This document shows positions 1 through 8,856 of a stretch of 64,000 bases of DNA, in pieces. The translations under genes were made by a program, and so were the position numbers. Each line of letters starts with the position of its first letter. Positions within the stretch are counted from its first letter, which is position 1. Source of the DNA: Vicinamibacterales bacterium (GTDB taxonomy: Bacteria; Acidobacteriota; Vicinamibacteria; Vicinamibacterales; UBA8438); the NCBI GenBank assembly GCA_965262555.1, contig OZ253543.1:1627997-1691996 (forward strand). Direction: 5' to 3'. Under the pieces are notes generated by a model. It made no database searches and was not told the DNA's origin. It saw only the letters and a list, made by a program, of their open reading frames with translations.

Positions 1-88
1 TCTGGGCCATTGCCGGAACCGCCAGCGCGGTCACCGCCAGGATGGCTGCGATCGCGCGGATGCACGTCCCTGATCCGATCTGTCGCAT
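1..88 (-). CDS. 5' end of a secreted protein (runs off the left edge)
   Basis: ATG at 88 (minus strand) with GGGAGG RBS upstream; translates MRQIGSGTCIRAIAAILAVTALAVPAMAQ, a Sec signal peptide with an AMA-Q cleavage site. Confidence 0.6.
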   Translation of the reverse strand, partial: MRQIGSGTCIRAIAAILAVTALAVPAMAQ

Positions 89-119
89 GGTGCGCCTCCC
101 TTCGGTTGCCATACTGATG

Positions 120-146
120 AGACGCACGAGCCGCTGCGTCAGTTTG
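120..146 (-). promoter_or_regulatory. Putative ECF sigma promoter CAAAC-N17-CGTCT
   Basis: Minus strand reads CAAAC, 17 nt, CGTCT, ending about 30 nt upstream of the ATG at 88; same geometry as the motifs at 26060 and 29109. Confidence 0.45.
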
Positions 147-191
147 GAGCCCCAGGCGCCGGGTCGGGCGCCCGTCGCGCCGAGGTGTCCC

Positions 192-761
192 TTACTGCGA
201 CGTCGTGTCAGCCGTTGGGTCGGCAGGCTCACTGACGAGGAACAGCCACTCGTCGTAGCGACCGCGGCCGTTGTACCGGGCGATTGAGGGCTGCGTGCTC
301 CGGCTGACGACGCCCGCGATGCCGCCTTCGACGCCGCCCGGGCCGTCAGGCGTGTCGCTGCCGCCCATCCGAGCGGCGCCGGCCGCGCTCATCCGTTCGG
401 GTCCGGCCGCGATTCCGCCGCCCGCGGCGGCACCTCCCAGCGTCGCACGCTCCGACTGCGGGATCAGGCGGAACGCGCCGTCGTCGGTCATCGGATCCCG
501 GTACGCATGGCGGAGGAAGCGCCCCGCCATCAGGGTTTCGAGGTCGGGCGGGAACGCGCCTGGAGTCTGGCGCTGGTACAGCATGATGGCGCGGACGTAC
601 TGCTCGCCGCGGAAGATCAGTTCCGCCTCCCGCTCGCGCTGCGCGGCGTGGCGCCAGGCCGGGAGCGCCATCGAGAGCATGACGCTGGCGACGGCGAGGC
701 TGACCAGCAGCGCGGCCATCGCGACGCCGGCGTCCGAGCGGCGCCTGCTACCACTCGGCAT
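192..761 (-). CDS. Type II secretion/pilus minor pseudopilin (no Glu5, GspK-like N-terminus)
   Basis: From ATG 761: MPSGSRRRSDAG|VAMAALLVSLAV..., a prepilin-like leader plus hydrophobic helix; QREREAELIFRG and RFLR..YRDPMT motifs resemble the neighbouring pilins. Confidence 0.75.
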   Translation of the reverse strand: MPSGSRRRSDAGVAMAALLVSLAVASVMLSMALPAWRHAAQREREAELIFRGEQYVRAIMLYQRQTPGAFPPDLETLMAGRFLRHAYRDPMTDDGAFRLIPQSERATLGGAAAGGGIAAGPERMSAAGAARMGGSDTPDGPGGVEGGIAGVVSRSTQPSIARYNGRGRYDEWLFLVSEPADPTADTTSQ

Positions 762-1146
762 AGGTCGTTCCGTCGAGCGCCAGTTGCTCCGATCCGCTCC
801 GGACATCGTAGACTCCGCGCGCGAACGGGTCGGCCGGATCGCTGGCGGCGAACTCCACGTGCCACGTCTCGGCCGATCCGGTGAACGGGTCGACCGGGAT
901 GGCGCGCAGGTACCCTGCACTGACGAGCGTTTCGAGCGCCTGGGGGTACGCACCCCGATCGGCGTAGTGCTGATCGATCGCCTCGCGCATCCGGAACAGA
1001 TCCTCCTTCAGCACCGCCTCGCGCGAGCGGGTCACCGCGCTCCGGTAGCCGACCAGCGCAATGGTCGACAGCACCGTGATCAGCGAGATGACAATCGTCA
1101 GTTCGATGAGCGTCCAGCCGCTCGAGCTCCGCAGGCGCCGTCGCAT
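748..1146 (-). CDS. Type II secretion pseudopilin, GspG/PulG-like
   Basis: Prepilin motif G|WTLIEL; C-terminal YPQALETLV..GYLRAIPVDPFT...DVRSG. Confidence 0.85.
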   Translation of the reverse strand: MRRRLRSSSGWTLIELTIVISLITVLSTIALVGYRSAVTRSREAVLKEDLFRMREAIDQHYADRGAYPQALETLVSAGYLRAIPVDPFTGSAETWHVEFAASDPADPFARGVYDVRSGSEQLALDGTTYAEW

Positions 1147-1157
1147 GATCGTGCCCG

Positions 1158-1640
1158 TTACCAGTCGCGGTACCGCGTGCCGTCGAGCGCCGTGCCGCGC
1201 GCCCTCGAGTAGACGTCGTAGACGTTGCTGCCCCCCCAGCGCGTCGTCTCAGGGTCGTCCTGGTACGATCGGAGTCCCCAGTCCGCCGCGCGCGTCATTG
1301 GATCGATCGGAATTCGCCGGAGAAACCGGAGCACGTCCCCTGTGTTCTCGTCGACCGGCTCGACCCCGTCCACCAGCACCTCAAGGCTGGGAGGATAGCC
1401 CTGGTTCTGGGGATCGACGTCCGGTCCGGCGATCGCACCCAGGTCGACGGCGTCCTTGTAGGTGTCGATCGCGACGCGCAGCTCGCGCAGCGCACGCCGC
1501 AACTCTGTCTCGCGCTGCCGTTGCACGGTCACACGCGCGAGCGGCGCCGCCGCCGAGGCAAGGATCAGAAGAATGACACTGACGATCAGCAGCTCGACGA
1601 ACGAGTAGCCCTGCTCGCTACGGTTCCGCGGAAGTCGCAT
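1158..1640 (-). CDS. Type II secretion pseudopilin, GspG/PulG-like
   Basis: Prepilin motif G|YSFVEL; YPPSLEVLV...RFLRRIPIDPMT...VYDVYS. Confidence 0.85.
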   Translation of the reverse strand: MRLPRNRSEQGYSFVELLIVSVILLILASAAAPLARVTVQRQRETELRRALRELRVAIDTYKDAVDLGAIAGPDVDPQNQGYPPSLEVLVDGVEPVDENTGDVLRFLRRIPIDPMTRAADWGLRSYQDDPETTRWGGSNVYDVYSRARGTALDGTRYRDW

Positions 1641-2250
1641 CTGGCTGCTCCGTCGCGGTGGTTTCCGCCCCGCCGTCCCAGTAGTACGTCGCCAGGCCGA
1701 GCGTCAGCACCTGCAGACCGGCCGCTTCCTCGCCGCCACTCAGCAGGATCTCCTCGATCACCAGGAACTCGGGCGCGGTCTCCACCGCCGCGATGAACTG
1801 CCGCAGGTCAACGTAGGCGCCGCGGACAACCATCGAGACGCGCAACCGCTCGAGGCCGCTCGCCTCGTCCGAGTCGATCTCCGACGCGCGCCGTTCCATC
1901 ACCAGGCCATACACCTCGACCAGCGACGCGAGGCGCGCGAACGCCACTGCCCGGGCGGCGGCCAAGTCGGCCGGCAGCACGTCGCGGCGGAACGCCACAA
2001 GGTCCTGATCGACACGCGTCATGGCCGTCTCGCCGACGTTGGCCGCATCGAATCGCTGCTCGGCCGCCTCGAGGGCCGCCGCCGCGACCGTCGCGCGCCG
2101 CTCGGCGTTCGCCACCTTCACCGTCCACGGATACACGGCAACGGCCCACAACCCGGCGTCGATCGCCAGCGCGACGGCGACGGCGGTCACCGCCATACGC
2201 TTCTCCGCCACGATGCGCGCGACGAACGACCAGATGGGTTCGATCATCAT
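1618..2250 (-). CDS. PilO/GspM-like assembly protein
   Basis: Start MMIEPIW at 2250 overlaps the pilN stop; one TM helix, coiled coil, then G.Y.DLRQFI..VE..P.FL.IEEI PilO-type motif; position after pilM and pilN. Confidence 0.7.
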   Translation of the reverse strand: MMIEPIWSFVARIVAEKRMAVTAVAVALAIDAGLWAVAVYPWTVKVANAERRATVAAAALEAAEQRFDAANVGETAMTRVDQDLVAFRRDVLPADLAAARAVAFARLASLVEVYGLVMERRASEIDSDEASGLERLRVSMVVRGAYVDLRQFIAAVETAPEFLVIEEILLSGGEEAAGLQVLTLGLATYYWDGGAETTATEQPDATSAEP

Positions 2251-2837
2251 TGCGCCCCCACAGTGTCGGACGTCCTCACCGCTGCCGCGCCGGCTGCGAT
2301 CCGCCCCCGCACCTGGGCGCGGTACGTGCCGTCGTCCGCCAGCTCCTCCTGACGCGCCAGCACGTCCTCGAACACACCGGTCGCTTCGAGCTGTCCGATG
2401 AACTGATCGATCTCGACGACGCTCCGACCCACCACAGCCAACTCGATCGCCAGGCCGTCGGCCGCCGCGTCGGGACGGACCGCGGTCAGCATCACGCCGG
2501 ACGGAAGCGTCCGGTCGATCAGATCGAAAAAGGCGGTCCACGAGAACCCGCGCTGCGCAATCAGCCGGTCCGCCGCCGTCGCGGCGTCGGTCATCGCGGT
2601 GACGCCACTACCCTGTAACTCCTGCTCCAGCGCGGCGGCCCGGCTGCCGATCGCTGCGGCATCCCGCTCGGCCGTCTCCGCCTGCAGGGTCAGCAGATCG
2701 TTCGCGCGCGAGAGCTCCACCAGGCGGACCGCGCCGAACGCCAGCACCAGCAGCGCCCCGACGCCGAGCAGCACCAGCACGACATGCACCGCCCGCTCGT
2801 TATAGAAGGGCCGCGTCCCAAGGTTGGTCGTCAGCAT
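2247..2837 (-). CDS. pilN: PilN domain protein
   Basis: N-terminal NL..PF motif, TM helix, coiled coil, SW..FF......LP..V.LT PilN-type motif. Confidence 0.75.
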   Translation of the reverse strand: MLTTNLGTRPFYNERAVHVVLVLLGVGALLVLAFGAVRLVELSRANDLLTLQAETAERDAAAIGSRAAALEQELQGSGVTAMTDAATAADRLIAQRGFSWTAFFDLIDRTLPSGVMLTAVRPDAAADGLAIELAVVGRSVVEIDQFIGQLEATGVFEDVLARQEELADDGTYRAQVRGRIAAGAAAVRTSDTVGAQ

Positions 2838-2849
2838 AGTGTCCGTCCG

Positions 2850-3839
2850 CTACGCAGCGCGTGCCGCCGCCGCTCGATCGCGCAGCAGGAGACCGATCGG
2901 CGCCGCCAGCATGTCGAGCCGCGCCGTTCCACCCGCTCCCCGGTCGGCCAGCAGGTTGACCATCCGATCCGCAAGCCGTTCGACCGGAACGCCCGCCAGC
3001 CGCCCGACGACCTCGCGCGCCGCGCCGTCGTCCCCCACGACAACCGCGCGCAGGATGCCACCACCCTCCAGGCGATCCTGGTAATACATCGCCGTCTGGT
3101 GCACCAGGTCGTCCAGACGCCCTCCATCCGCCGGCATGTGCCGGAAGAAGAGCAACCGGCCGTCCCGGACAATGGCAATCGATCCGGCGCCTCCCGCCGC
3201 ATGCACCAACAGCCAGTCGCCCCCCTCGTGGCCGACGCCATGCGCCAGTGCGGCGTTGATCAGGTTGAAACCCGCGAGATCGACCACGCCGGCATGTGCC
3301 GACGCTGCTTCGCATGCCGCCTCGTATTCCGCCACGACGGCGCGGCGGGCGAGCACGACGGCGAACGCCTGCCCGCCGTCGGCGCTCCGCACGCCCGGCA
3401 TCCAGGCCACCTGCGCCTCCTCCAGGCTGAATGGCGCCCCCTTCCGGACCTGCCAGCGGATCAGTTCGTCTGTGTCGGCGGCGCGGGTGGGCGGCTCATC
3501 GAACTGCACCAGCGACACCTTCGCCGCACCGTCCGGCACCACCAGCGCGACACGCGACGGCCGGCGCGGCAACTGTCCGAGCGCCTCGCCCACCGCCTGC
3601 GCCACTGCCGCCGGGTCCTGAATGTTCGGCATGGTGACGGATGGGGTGACGCTCCCTTCCGGCAGGGCGACGCGCGCGTACCCGGCGAGCGCCGGTGCAC
3701 CGCCACCGCGCGCCATCTGGACCACGGCGACGTGGCCTGCGGCGATCGCAACCGCCGCCGACGGTGCCGGTGTCGTCAGAAGGGTCTGCAGCATCCGGCC
3801 GAACCCGCGTGCCGGTTGCGCCTCAGGCGTGTCAGGCAA
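2850..3839 (-). CDS. pilM: Type IV pilus assembly protein PilM (actin-like)
   Basis: LIRWQVRK..PF and EYEAACE...VVD motifs; located between gspE and pilN; start uncertain. Confidence 0.75.
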   Translation of the reverse strand: MPDTPEAQPARGFGRMLQTLLTTPAPSAAVAIAAGHVAVVQMARGGGAPALAGYARVALPEGSVTPSVTMPNIQDPAAVAQAVGEALGQLPRRPSRVALVVPDGAAKVSLVQFDEPPTRAADTDELIRWQVRKGAPFSLEEAQVAWMPGVRSADGGQAFAVVLARRAVVAEYEAACEAASAHAGVVDLAGFNLINAALAHGVGHEGGDWLLVHAAGGAGSIAIVRDGRLLFFRHMPADGGRLDDLVHQTAMYYQDRLEGGGILRAVVVGDDGAAREVVGRLAGVPVERLADRMVNLLADRGAGGTARLDMLAAPIGLLLRDRAAAARAA

Positions 3840-5451
3840 CGAATGTCACCTTGTTGATCTCGTGCAGCGTCGTCTGCCCCCCAAGCACCTGTTCCACCGC
3901 CGCGTCACGCAGGAAACGCATGCCGGTGTCGCGCGCCGCCTGCTTGATCTCGGACGCCGGCCGCCGCGCCAGGATCAGTTCGCGCAGATCGTCGGTCAGG
4001 TCGAGCAGCTCCCCAATCGCGGTCCGCCCCCGGTATCCGGTGCCGCCGCACTCGATACAACCGGCTCCCTTGTAGCAGGTGTGCCCGGCCGCCACGCGCG
4101 GATCGATCGCCGACGCATGCAGTTCCGCCTCGGTCACCTCCACCGGCCGCCGGCAGTCGCGACAGACGGTCCGGACCAGTCGCTGGGCCAGCACGCAGTT
4201 GAGCGACGAGACGAACTGGTACGGTTCCACGCCCATGTTGAGGAAGCGGCCGAGCACGTCGATCACGTTGTTCGCGTGGACCGTCGTGAAGACCAGGTGC
4301 CCCGTCAGCGCTGACTGAATCGCGATCTGCGCCGTTTCCGGGTCCCGGATCTCCCCCACCATGATCTTGTCCGGATCGTGCCGCAGGATCGACCGGAGCC
4401 CGCGCGCGAACGTCAGTCCCTTTCGCTCGTTGATCGGGATCTGCGTGATGCCCTTGAGTTGGTACTCGACCGGATCCTCGATCGTGACAATCTTGTCCTC
4501 GGGTGAGGCGATCTCCGAAAGCGCCGCGTAGAGGGTCGTCGTCTTTCCGCTGCCGGTCGGACCGGTCACCAGCACCATACCGTACGGCTCGGCAATCGCG
4601 CGCCGGAACCGCCGCAGCAGCTCCTCCGGGAAGCCCAGGATGTCGAGCCGCAGGTCGTGGAACTGCTCGCTGATCGACGCCTTGTCGAGAATCCGGATCA
4701 CGGCGTCCTCGCCATGGATGCTCGGCATAATCGAGACGCGGAAGTCGATCGTCTTGCCAGGCATCTTCAGCTTGAACCGCCCGTCCTGCGGCACTCGCTT
4801 CTCGGCGATGTCGAGCTCTGCCATCACCTTGATGCGCGACAGGACCGCGCCACGAAACTGCCGGTCGATCGGCTGCATCGCCGGCTGCAGGACGCCGTCG
4901 ATCCGGTACTTGACATGCACCGCATCATCCTGCGTCTCGATATGGATGTCGCTCGCGCGCCGCTGGATCGCGGTATAGATCATCGAATCGACCAGCTTGA
5001 TCACCGGCGAGATGTCGCTCGTCAACCGCTCGACCGTCAGTTGTTCATCGCCGATGGCGTCGTCATGAAGCAGTCGCAGGCCGAAGTGCTCGGTCGCCTC
5101 ATCGAGGACGCGTTGCGAACTCTCGCTCCGGGTCAGGATCGCGTCGATCGCCGACGGTGCGCCGACTGTCACGGTGACCGGCGTGCCGAGAAGCAGCGCC
5201 AGCTCGTCGATCATCGGCAGGTCGGTTGGATCGGAGACGACGATCTCGAGCGCCTCGCCGTTGCGGCGGCGCGGGACGAAGCGGCAGCGCAGCATCAGGC
5301 CGGCCGGGATCGACCGGAGCAGCTCCTGATCGATCGTGAACTGCGTCATGTCGACGTACTCCAGCCGGTAGCGATCCGCGACGGCGCGGGCGCGCGTCTC
5401 CTCGGTGGCGGGATCATTCGGCGCGTCGACCGGCGTGGTCGTATCAGCCAT
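3832..5451 (-). CDS. gspE: GspE/PilB secretion ATPase
   Basis: RASDIHIE, Walker A GPTGSGKTT, TIEDPVE, LRHDPD..MVGEIRD, TGHLVFTTVH, tetracysteine CRDC/CIEC. Confidence 0.95.
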   Translation of the reverse strand: MADTTTPVDAPNDPATEETRARAVADRYRLEYVDMTQFTIDQELLRSIPAGLMLRCRFVPRRRNGEALEIVVSDPTDLPMIDELALLLGTPVTVTVGAPSAIDAILTRSESSQRVLDEATEHFGLRLLHDDAIGDEQLTVERLTSDISPVIKLVDSMIYTAIQRRASDIHIETQDDAVHVKYRIDGVLQPAMQPIDRQFRGAVLSRIKVMAELDIAEKRVPQDGRFKLKMPGKTIDFRVSIMPSIHGEDAVIRILDKASISEQFHDLRLDILGFPEELLRRFRRAIAEPYGMVLVTGPTGSGKTTTLYAALSEIASPEDKIVTIEDPVEYQLKGITQIPINERKGLTFARGLRSILRHDPDKIMVGEIRDPETAQIAIQSALTGHLVFTTVHANNVIDVLGRFLNMGVEPYQFVSSLNCVLAQRLVRTVCRDCRRPVEVTEAELHASAIDPRVAAGHTCYKGAGCIECGGTGYRGRTAIGELLDLTDDLRELILARRPASEIKQAARDTGMRFLRDAAVEQVLGGQTTLHEINKVTFVA

Positions 5452-6674
5452 CAGACAATCGCTCCCAGTTGCAGCAGCGGCATGTAGAGGGCGAGCAGCA
5501 GGCCGGCAATCACGACACCCATCACCACCAGCAGCAGCGGCTCCATCAGCGTCAGGAATCGCGCGAGCGTCGTCTCGATCTCCTCATCGAAGAAGTCCGC
5601 CACGGCGTTCAGCATCTCCCCCAGCGCGCCGGTCGACTCTCCTACCTCCACCATCTTGATCGCGACGGGCGGGAACGGCCCGCGCGCCGCCATCGACGTG
5701 GCGAGCGGCTGGCCTTCGCGAACATCGCGCGCCACCGCCCTCAGATGCTCCGCGATATGGAGGTTGCCCACGGCGCGCGCGGTGACCTCGAGTGCCTGCA
5801 CGAGCGGGATGCCACCGCCGAGCAGCGTCGCCAGCGTTCGCGCGAACTGCGATGTCGCGAACGTCGTCGCGACACGGCCGGCGACGGGTACGTTCAACAG
5901 TACCCGGTCGACCTGTGCCCGGTGGCCAGAGTGACCCATCCATGCCCACAACGCCACGCCGGCGCCCGCCGCCGCCAGCAGGATCAGCCAGGCGTAGCCG
6001 GCGACGAACGCCGACACGGCGGTCAGCAGGCGCGTCGCGAGCGGGAGCGTCGCCCCCATCCCCTCGTAGAAGCTGGCGAATTCCGGCACGACCTGAACCA
6101 TGATGATGGCGACCACCGCGACGGAGAGCGCCAGGAGAATCACCGGGTAAATCAGCGCCGACAGCGTCCTGCGCCGGACGCCGCTGATGACGCGGGTGTA
6201 GTCGACGTAGCGCCGGAGCGTCGCCTCCAGGTTGCCGCTCTGCTCACCGGCGAGGAGCGAGGCGGTGTAGACGCCCGGCACCATGTCGCCATGGCTCGCG
6301 AACGCCTCCGAGAGCGCCGCGCCGCCCCGCACCTGTTCGTAGACGTCGTCCAGGATCGCCCGCAGCGCCGGTGCGTCCATCCGCTGCCGCAGAATATCGA
6401 GCGACTGCACCACTGGCATGCCCGCGTGAAGCAGCACGGCCAGTTCCTGATTGAAGACGGTCAGTTCGCGGAGGCGAGGCCGGCGCCGACGCCAGCCCAT
6501 CCGAGCGAGCGCGCCGGAGAGGTCGGGCAGGCCAAGACCTCCCAGGCGGCGCAGCGAGAACACATACAGGCCTTCCCGCTCCAGTTCGGCGCGCAGGAGC
6601 GCCTCGTTGTCGGCGGCGCGGACCCGTTCAAGGATCCGGCCGTCATCCGTCCCCAGGCGGCAGCGGAACTCCAT
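5451..6674 (-). CDS. gspF: GspF/PilC inner-membrane platform protein
   Basis: Two T2SSF repeats (GEQSGNL..., GESTGALGEML), SALIYP, EP.LLV.MG; start MEFRCRL chosen. Confidence 0.92.
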   Translation of the reverse strand: MEFRCRLGTDDGRILERVRAADNEALLRAELEREGLYVFSLRRLGGLGLPDLSGALARMGWRRRRPRLRELTVFNQELAVLLHAGMPVVQSLDILRQRMDAPALRAILDDVYEQVRGGAALSEAFASHGDMVPGVYTASLLAGEQSGNLEATLRRYVDYTRVISGVRRRTLSALIYPVILLALSVAVVAIIMVQVVPEFASFYEGMGATLPLATRLLTAVSAFVAGYAWLILLAAAGAGVALWAWMGHSGHRAQVDRVLLNVPVAGRVATTFATSQFARTLATLLGGGIPLVQALEVTARAVGNLHIAEHLRAVARDVREGQPLATSMAARGPFPPVAIKMVEVGESTGALGEMLNAVADFFDEEIETTLARFLTLMEPLLLVVMGVVIAGLLLALYMPLLQLGAIV

Positions 6675-6764
6675 CCTTACGCGTGAGCGATCCCCGGATC
6701 CCTCGCCGTCCATGGATGATTATCGGCGGGGGGCAGCCGCGGCGACAACCGCGAAGCAGGTCGC

Positions 6765-7553
6765 TCAGTTGGCGGCGGCGCCGTCCACCTCGGCACTGCG
6801 CTGCGCGTCAAGCAGGGCGAGCACGCGGCCGACATAGCGACGGGTCTCCGCGTACGGGGGCATGCCGTCGAACCGGCGGACCGTTGCGGCGCCGGCGTTG
6901 TAGGCGGCAAGCGCGCCCCGCGTACCGAACTCGTCCAGCAGGCTCCGGAAGTAGCGGGTGCCGGCGTCGATGTTCGTGGCTGGATCGTACGGGTCAGCCA
7001 CGCCAAAGCGATCCAGCGTCCCGGGCATCAGCTGCATGAGCCCGGCCGCGCCGCGGGGCGACATGGCGTCCGCCCGGTAGGCCGATTCCGCTTCGATCAT
7101 GGCGTGCACCAACAGCGGATCGACGCCGTGCCGGGCGGAGGCGTCGGCGACGATCTCGGCATAGGGGCGGGCCGGCAACGCCTGGCGAGACCCGGTCGCG
7201 AGCTCATCCGGACGAGGCATACCGGTGGCGTCCGCCTCGATCCGGTCAATCAGATGGGACGCGACGGTCAGTTCGCCGCCGGTGCGGAGCTGTAGCACCA
7301 TGCTCTGACCGGTGACAATCCGGCCGGTCGTCGCCAGCACCTGGCCGTTTGCAAAGATCACACGCTCCGAGGCGGGGGGAGCCGCGGCGGTCCGGCTGGT
7401 CCAGGCCACCAGGGCGAGCACGAACGCCCCGCAGACGCACCACGCCACAGCGCCCGGCTGGCGACGCAGACGGGCGGGGGGCCGCGGTCGAGCGGAACCG
7501 GCTGGCTGCCGGGCACGTCGATGGTGCGGCGCAATCGGATAGTCAGGCATCAA
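6765..7553 (-). CDS. Lytic transglycosylase (SLT domain)
   Basis: AMIEAES catalytic Glu, GAAGLMQLMP, ALAAYNAG, PPYAETRRYV. Confidence 0.92.
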   Translation of the reverse strand: MMPDYPIAPHHRRARQPAGSARPRPPARLRRQPGAVAWCVCGAFVLALVAWTSRTAAAPPASERVIFANGQVLATTGRIVTGQSMVLQLRTGGELTVASHLIDRIEADATGMPRPDELATGSRQALPARPYAEIVADASARHGVDPLLVHAMIEAESAYRADAMSPRGAAGLMQLMPGTLDRFGVADPYDPATNIDAGTRYFRSLLDEFGTRGALAAYNAGAATVRRFDGMPPYAETRRYVGRVLALLDAQRSAEVDGAAAN

Positions 7554-7614
7554 CCGTCTTATCGACAGATCCGGGGCGTGTCAGCGCAGTCGCCGCCGCC
7601 CCGATGTTCGTGAA

Positions 7615-8538
7615 TCAGGCGCCGTCCGGCGTTGGCTCGATATAGGTCATGAAGACCCGGATACCCAGTTCACGGTTGTCGTTCCCGGAGTTCCGGTCGG
7701 CTGGCACGAAGGTCTGATCCACCGCGATCCGGAGCCGGACGATGTCCTCGTCTCCAAGGTCGGCCGTCGAGAGCATCCGATCGATCGTGAGTCGTTCGGA
7801 CGACTCGATCGGCACCTCCTCCAGCACCCGCTCACCGATGGCGAGGGTCAGCCGCTGCGGAGTCTCGAACAGCGCCGGCCGCCCCTCCACCTCCAGCATC
7901 AACCGGGCGTTGCTCCGTGGGTTCTGGAACGAGACCACCCCCTGGCCGCTGGTCCAGCGCCAGTTGGTCTGGCCGTTCGTCTCGAACTCCGCCGCGTACC
8001 AGCCATCCTCGTACACGAGGAAGCTGCTTTCGTGCTGCGGCGTAAACGCGACCGACGCCACGCGGTACTCGAACTGGCCGACGTGAGCACCTGCGAGTGT
8101 CACCCGTTCGTCCGTTTCGGCCGAGTAGAGACCGACGGTGATCGATGCCTCGCCGATGTACGGATAGAGCGGCACCATGATCCGCCGTGAGTACTCGACG
8201 ACCTGCTCCGGCCGCCAGGTACTGGTCGGCGTTGGCGGGTCGTGGTCGTCTGTCCAGATCTGCTCCCCGTTGTCGTCCACCACGTGAACGAATACCCGGT
8301 AGTCGTCCGTCATCGGCGTCAGATCGGGCGAGACGGTGAAGCGGAGCGTCATCTCGAGCGGACCGCCAAGTGGCACGGTGGCTCGATCCAGCCGCATGCC
8401 GACGGTGGCGACCGGCGGGTCACCGCTGCCGGTGCAGCCGCCGACCAGCACGAGCAGGGCAGCGAGCACCGTGGCCCGGGCGGCATGGCGAGCGCATGCG
8501 GGCTCACGCGCAAACGTTGGGACGTACTGGTGCAGCAT
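7615..8538 (-). CDS. Hypothetical lipoprotein with beta-sandwich domains
   Basis: Lipobox LVLVGG-C; YRVFVH...DDH.P..PT..W and WRWT motifs; coding-like composition only from about 8538. Confidence 0.6.
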   Translation of the reverse strand: MLHQYVPTFAREPACARHAARATVLAALLVLVGGCTGSGDPPVATVGMRLDRATVPLGGPLEMTLRFTVSPDLTPMTDDYRVFVHVVDDNGEQIWTDDHDPPTPTSTWRPEQVVEYSRRIMVPLYPYIGEASITVGLYSAETDERVTLAGAHVGQFEYRVASVAFTPQHESSFLVYEDGWYAAEFETNGQTNWRWTSGQGVVSFQNPRSNARLMLEVEGRPALFETPQRLTLAIGERVLEEVPIESSERLTIDRMLSTADLGDEDIVRLRIAVDQTFVPADRNSGNDNRELGIRVFMTYIEPTPDGA

Positions 8539-8547
8539 GAACCAAAC

Positions 8548-8556
8548 AGTATACCA
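8548..8556 (-). promoter_or_regulatory. Extended -10 element TGGTATACT
   Basis: Minus strand TGGTATACT ending 9 nt upstream of the ATG at 8538, inside a 27-bp divergent spacer. Confidence 0.4.
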
Positions 8557-8565
8557 TAGGCCCCG

Positions 8566-8853
8566 ATGACGCTCGAAGCGCTCGGCATGGTCGAAACCAG
8601 GGGACTCGTCGGCTCGATCGAAGCGGCCGACGCGATGGTGAAAACAGCCAACGTCGTCCTCATTGGCAAGGAGTACATCGGCGCCGGCTATGTCACCGTC
8701 ATGGTGCGGGGCGACGTCGGCGCGGTGAAGGCGGCGACCGACGCCGGCGCAGCGGCGGCGCGGCGCGTCGGCGAACTGATCTCGGTGCATGTCATTCCGA
8801 GGCCGCACGCCGAGGTGGAGAAGATCCTCCCGCAGGTGACGGCGGACCGGTAG
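8566..8853 (+). CDS. eutM: Bacterial microcompartment hexameric shell protein (EutM/PduA-like BMC-H)
   Basis: EALGMVET.G...[31 protein letters not shown] signature. Confidence 0.95.
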   Translation: MTLEALGMVETRGLVGSIEAADAMVKTANVVLIGKEYIGAGYVTVMVRGDVGAVKAATDAGAAAARRVGELISVHVIPRPHAEVEKILPQVTADR

Positions 8854-8856
8854 CCG

